Positions 63,778 to 64,000 of a stretch of 64,000 nucleotides of DNA are shown in pieces. The stretch is from Ginglymostoma cirratum (Eukaryota), in contig JAHRHZ010000088.1 in assembly GCA_024137785.1 (NCBI GenBank), positions 12,467,778 through 12,531,777 on the forward strand, read 5' to 3'. Below the pieces are notes generated by a model. It was not told the origin of the DNA. It did not search any database and was given only the letters and a program-made list of their open reading frames with translations. The stretch's first letter is position 1; the number at the start of each line of letters is the position of its first letter. Both the position numbers and the translations under genes were made by a program.

Positions 63778-64000
63778 CTGTAGCATAAACAATAAACAAG
63801 CATCTCAAGAGTCTTAACTGAGACTGACTTCACCATGCATGCAGAGAATTTGGCATTGACATCTTAAGTTCATAACAAAAAACAATGTTCCATAGGAACA
63901 ATCAGAACTTGAACTGAGCATATCCATAAACATGCAACAAAAAAAAAAAAAAAAATCACTCAACGTAGTTTCAACAAAGGAAAATAAATCATTGTAACTT

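Noticed and set aside
1-64000. CRISPR array or prokaryotic system
   Set aside because: The window is intron-containing vertebrate DNA; no regularly spaced repeats or operon-like ORF clusters were seen.

Overview
AT-rich vertebrate genomic DNA, almost certainly from a shark (cartilaginous fish), judged from its HE1/V-SINE, Deu-SINE, CR1-LINE and Penelope-type repeats. Two spliced genes lie tail-to-tail. (1) On the + strand is a complete 7-exon EMILIN gene (CDS 7785-33654, 2835 nt, 944 aa by my exon assembly). Its EMI domain looks like EMILIN3, but unlike mammalian EMILIN3 it continues through a 36-nt collagen micro-exon into a full C-terminal gC1q domain. (2) On the - strand are the last 11 coding exons of a lipin phosphatidate phosphatase, most likely LPIN3, with DIDGT and LGHIL motifs intact; its 5' part lies beyond the window end. 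Other points of interest: an 86-bp copy of a lipin exon inside an intronic LINE that now carries a perfect splice donor, short Penelope-like elements with hammerhead-ribozyme cores, a hairpin element spanning a 400-N gap, and nested LINEs. Orthology and repeat-family names come from recalled sequences, not from database searches. Repeat boundaries are approximate.
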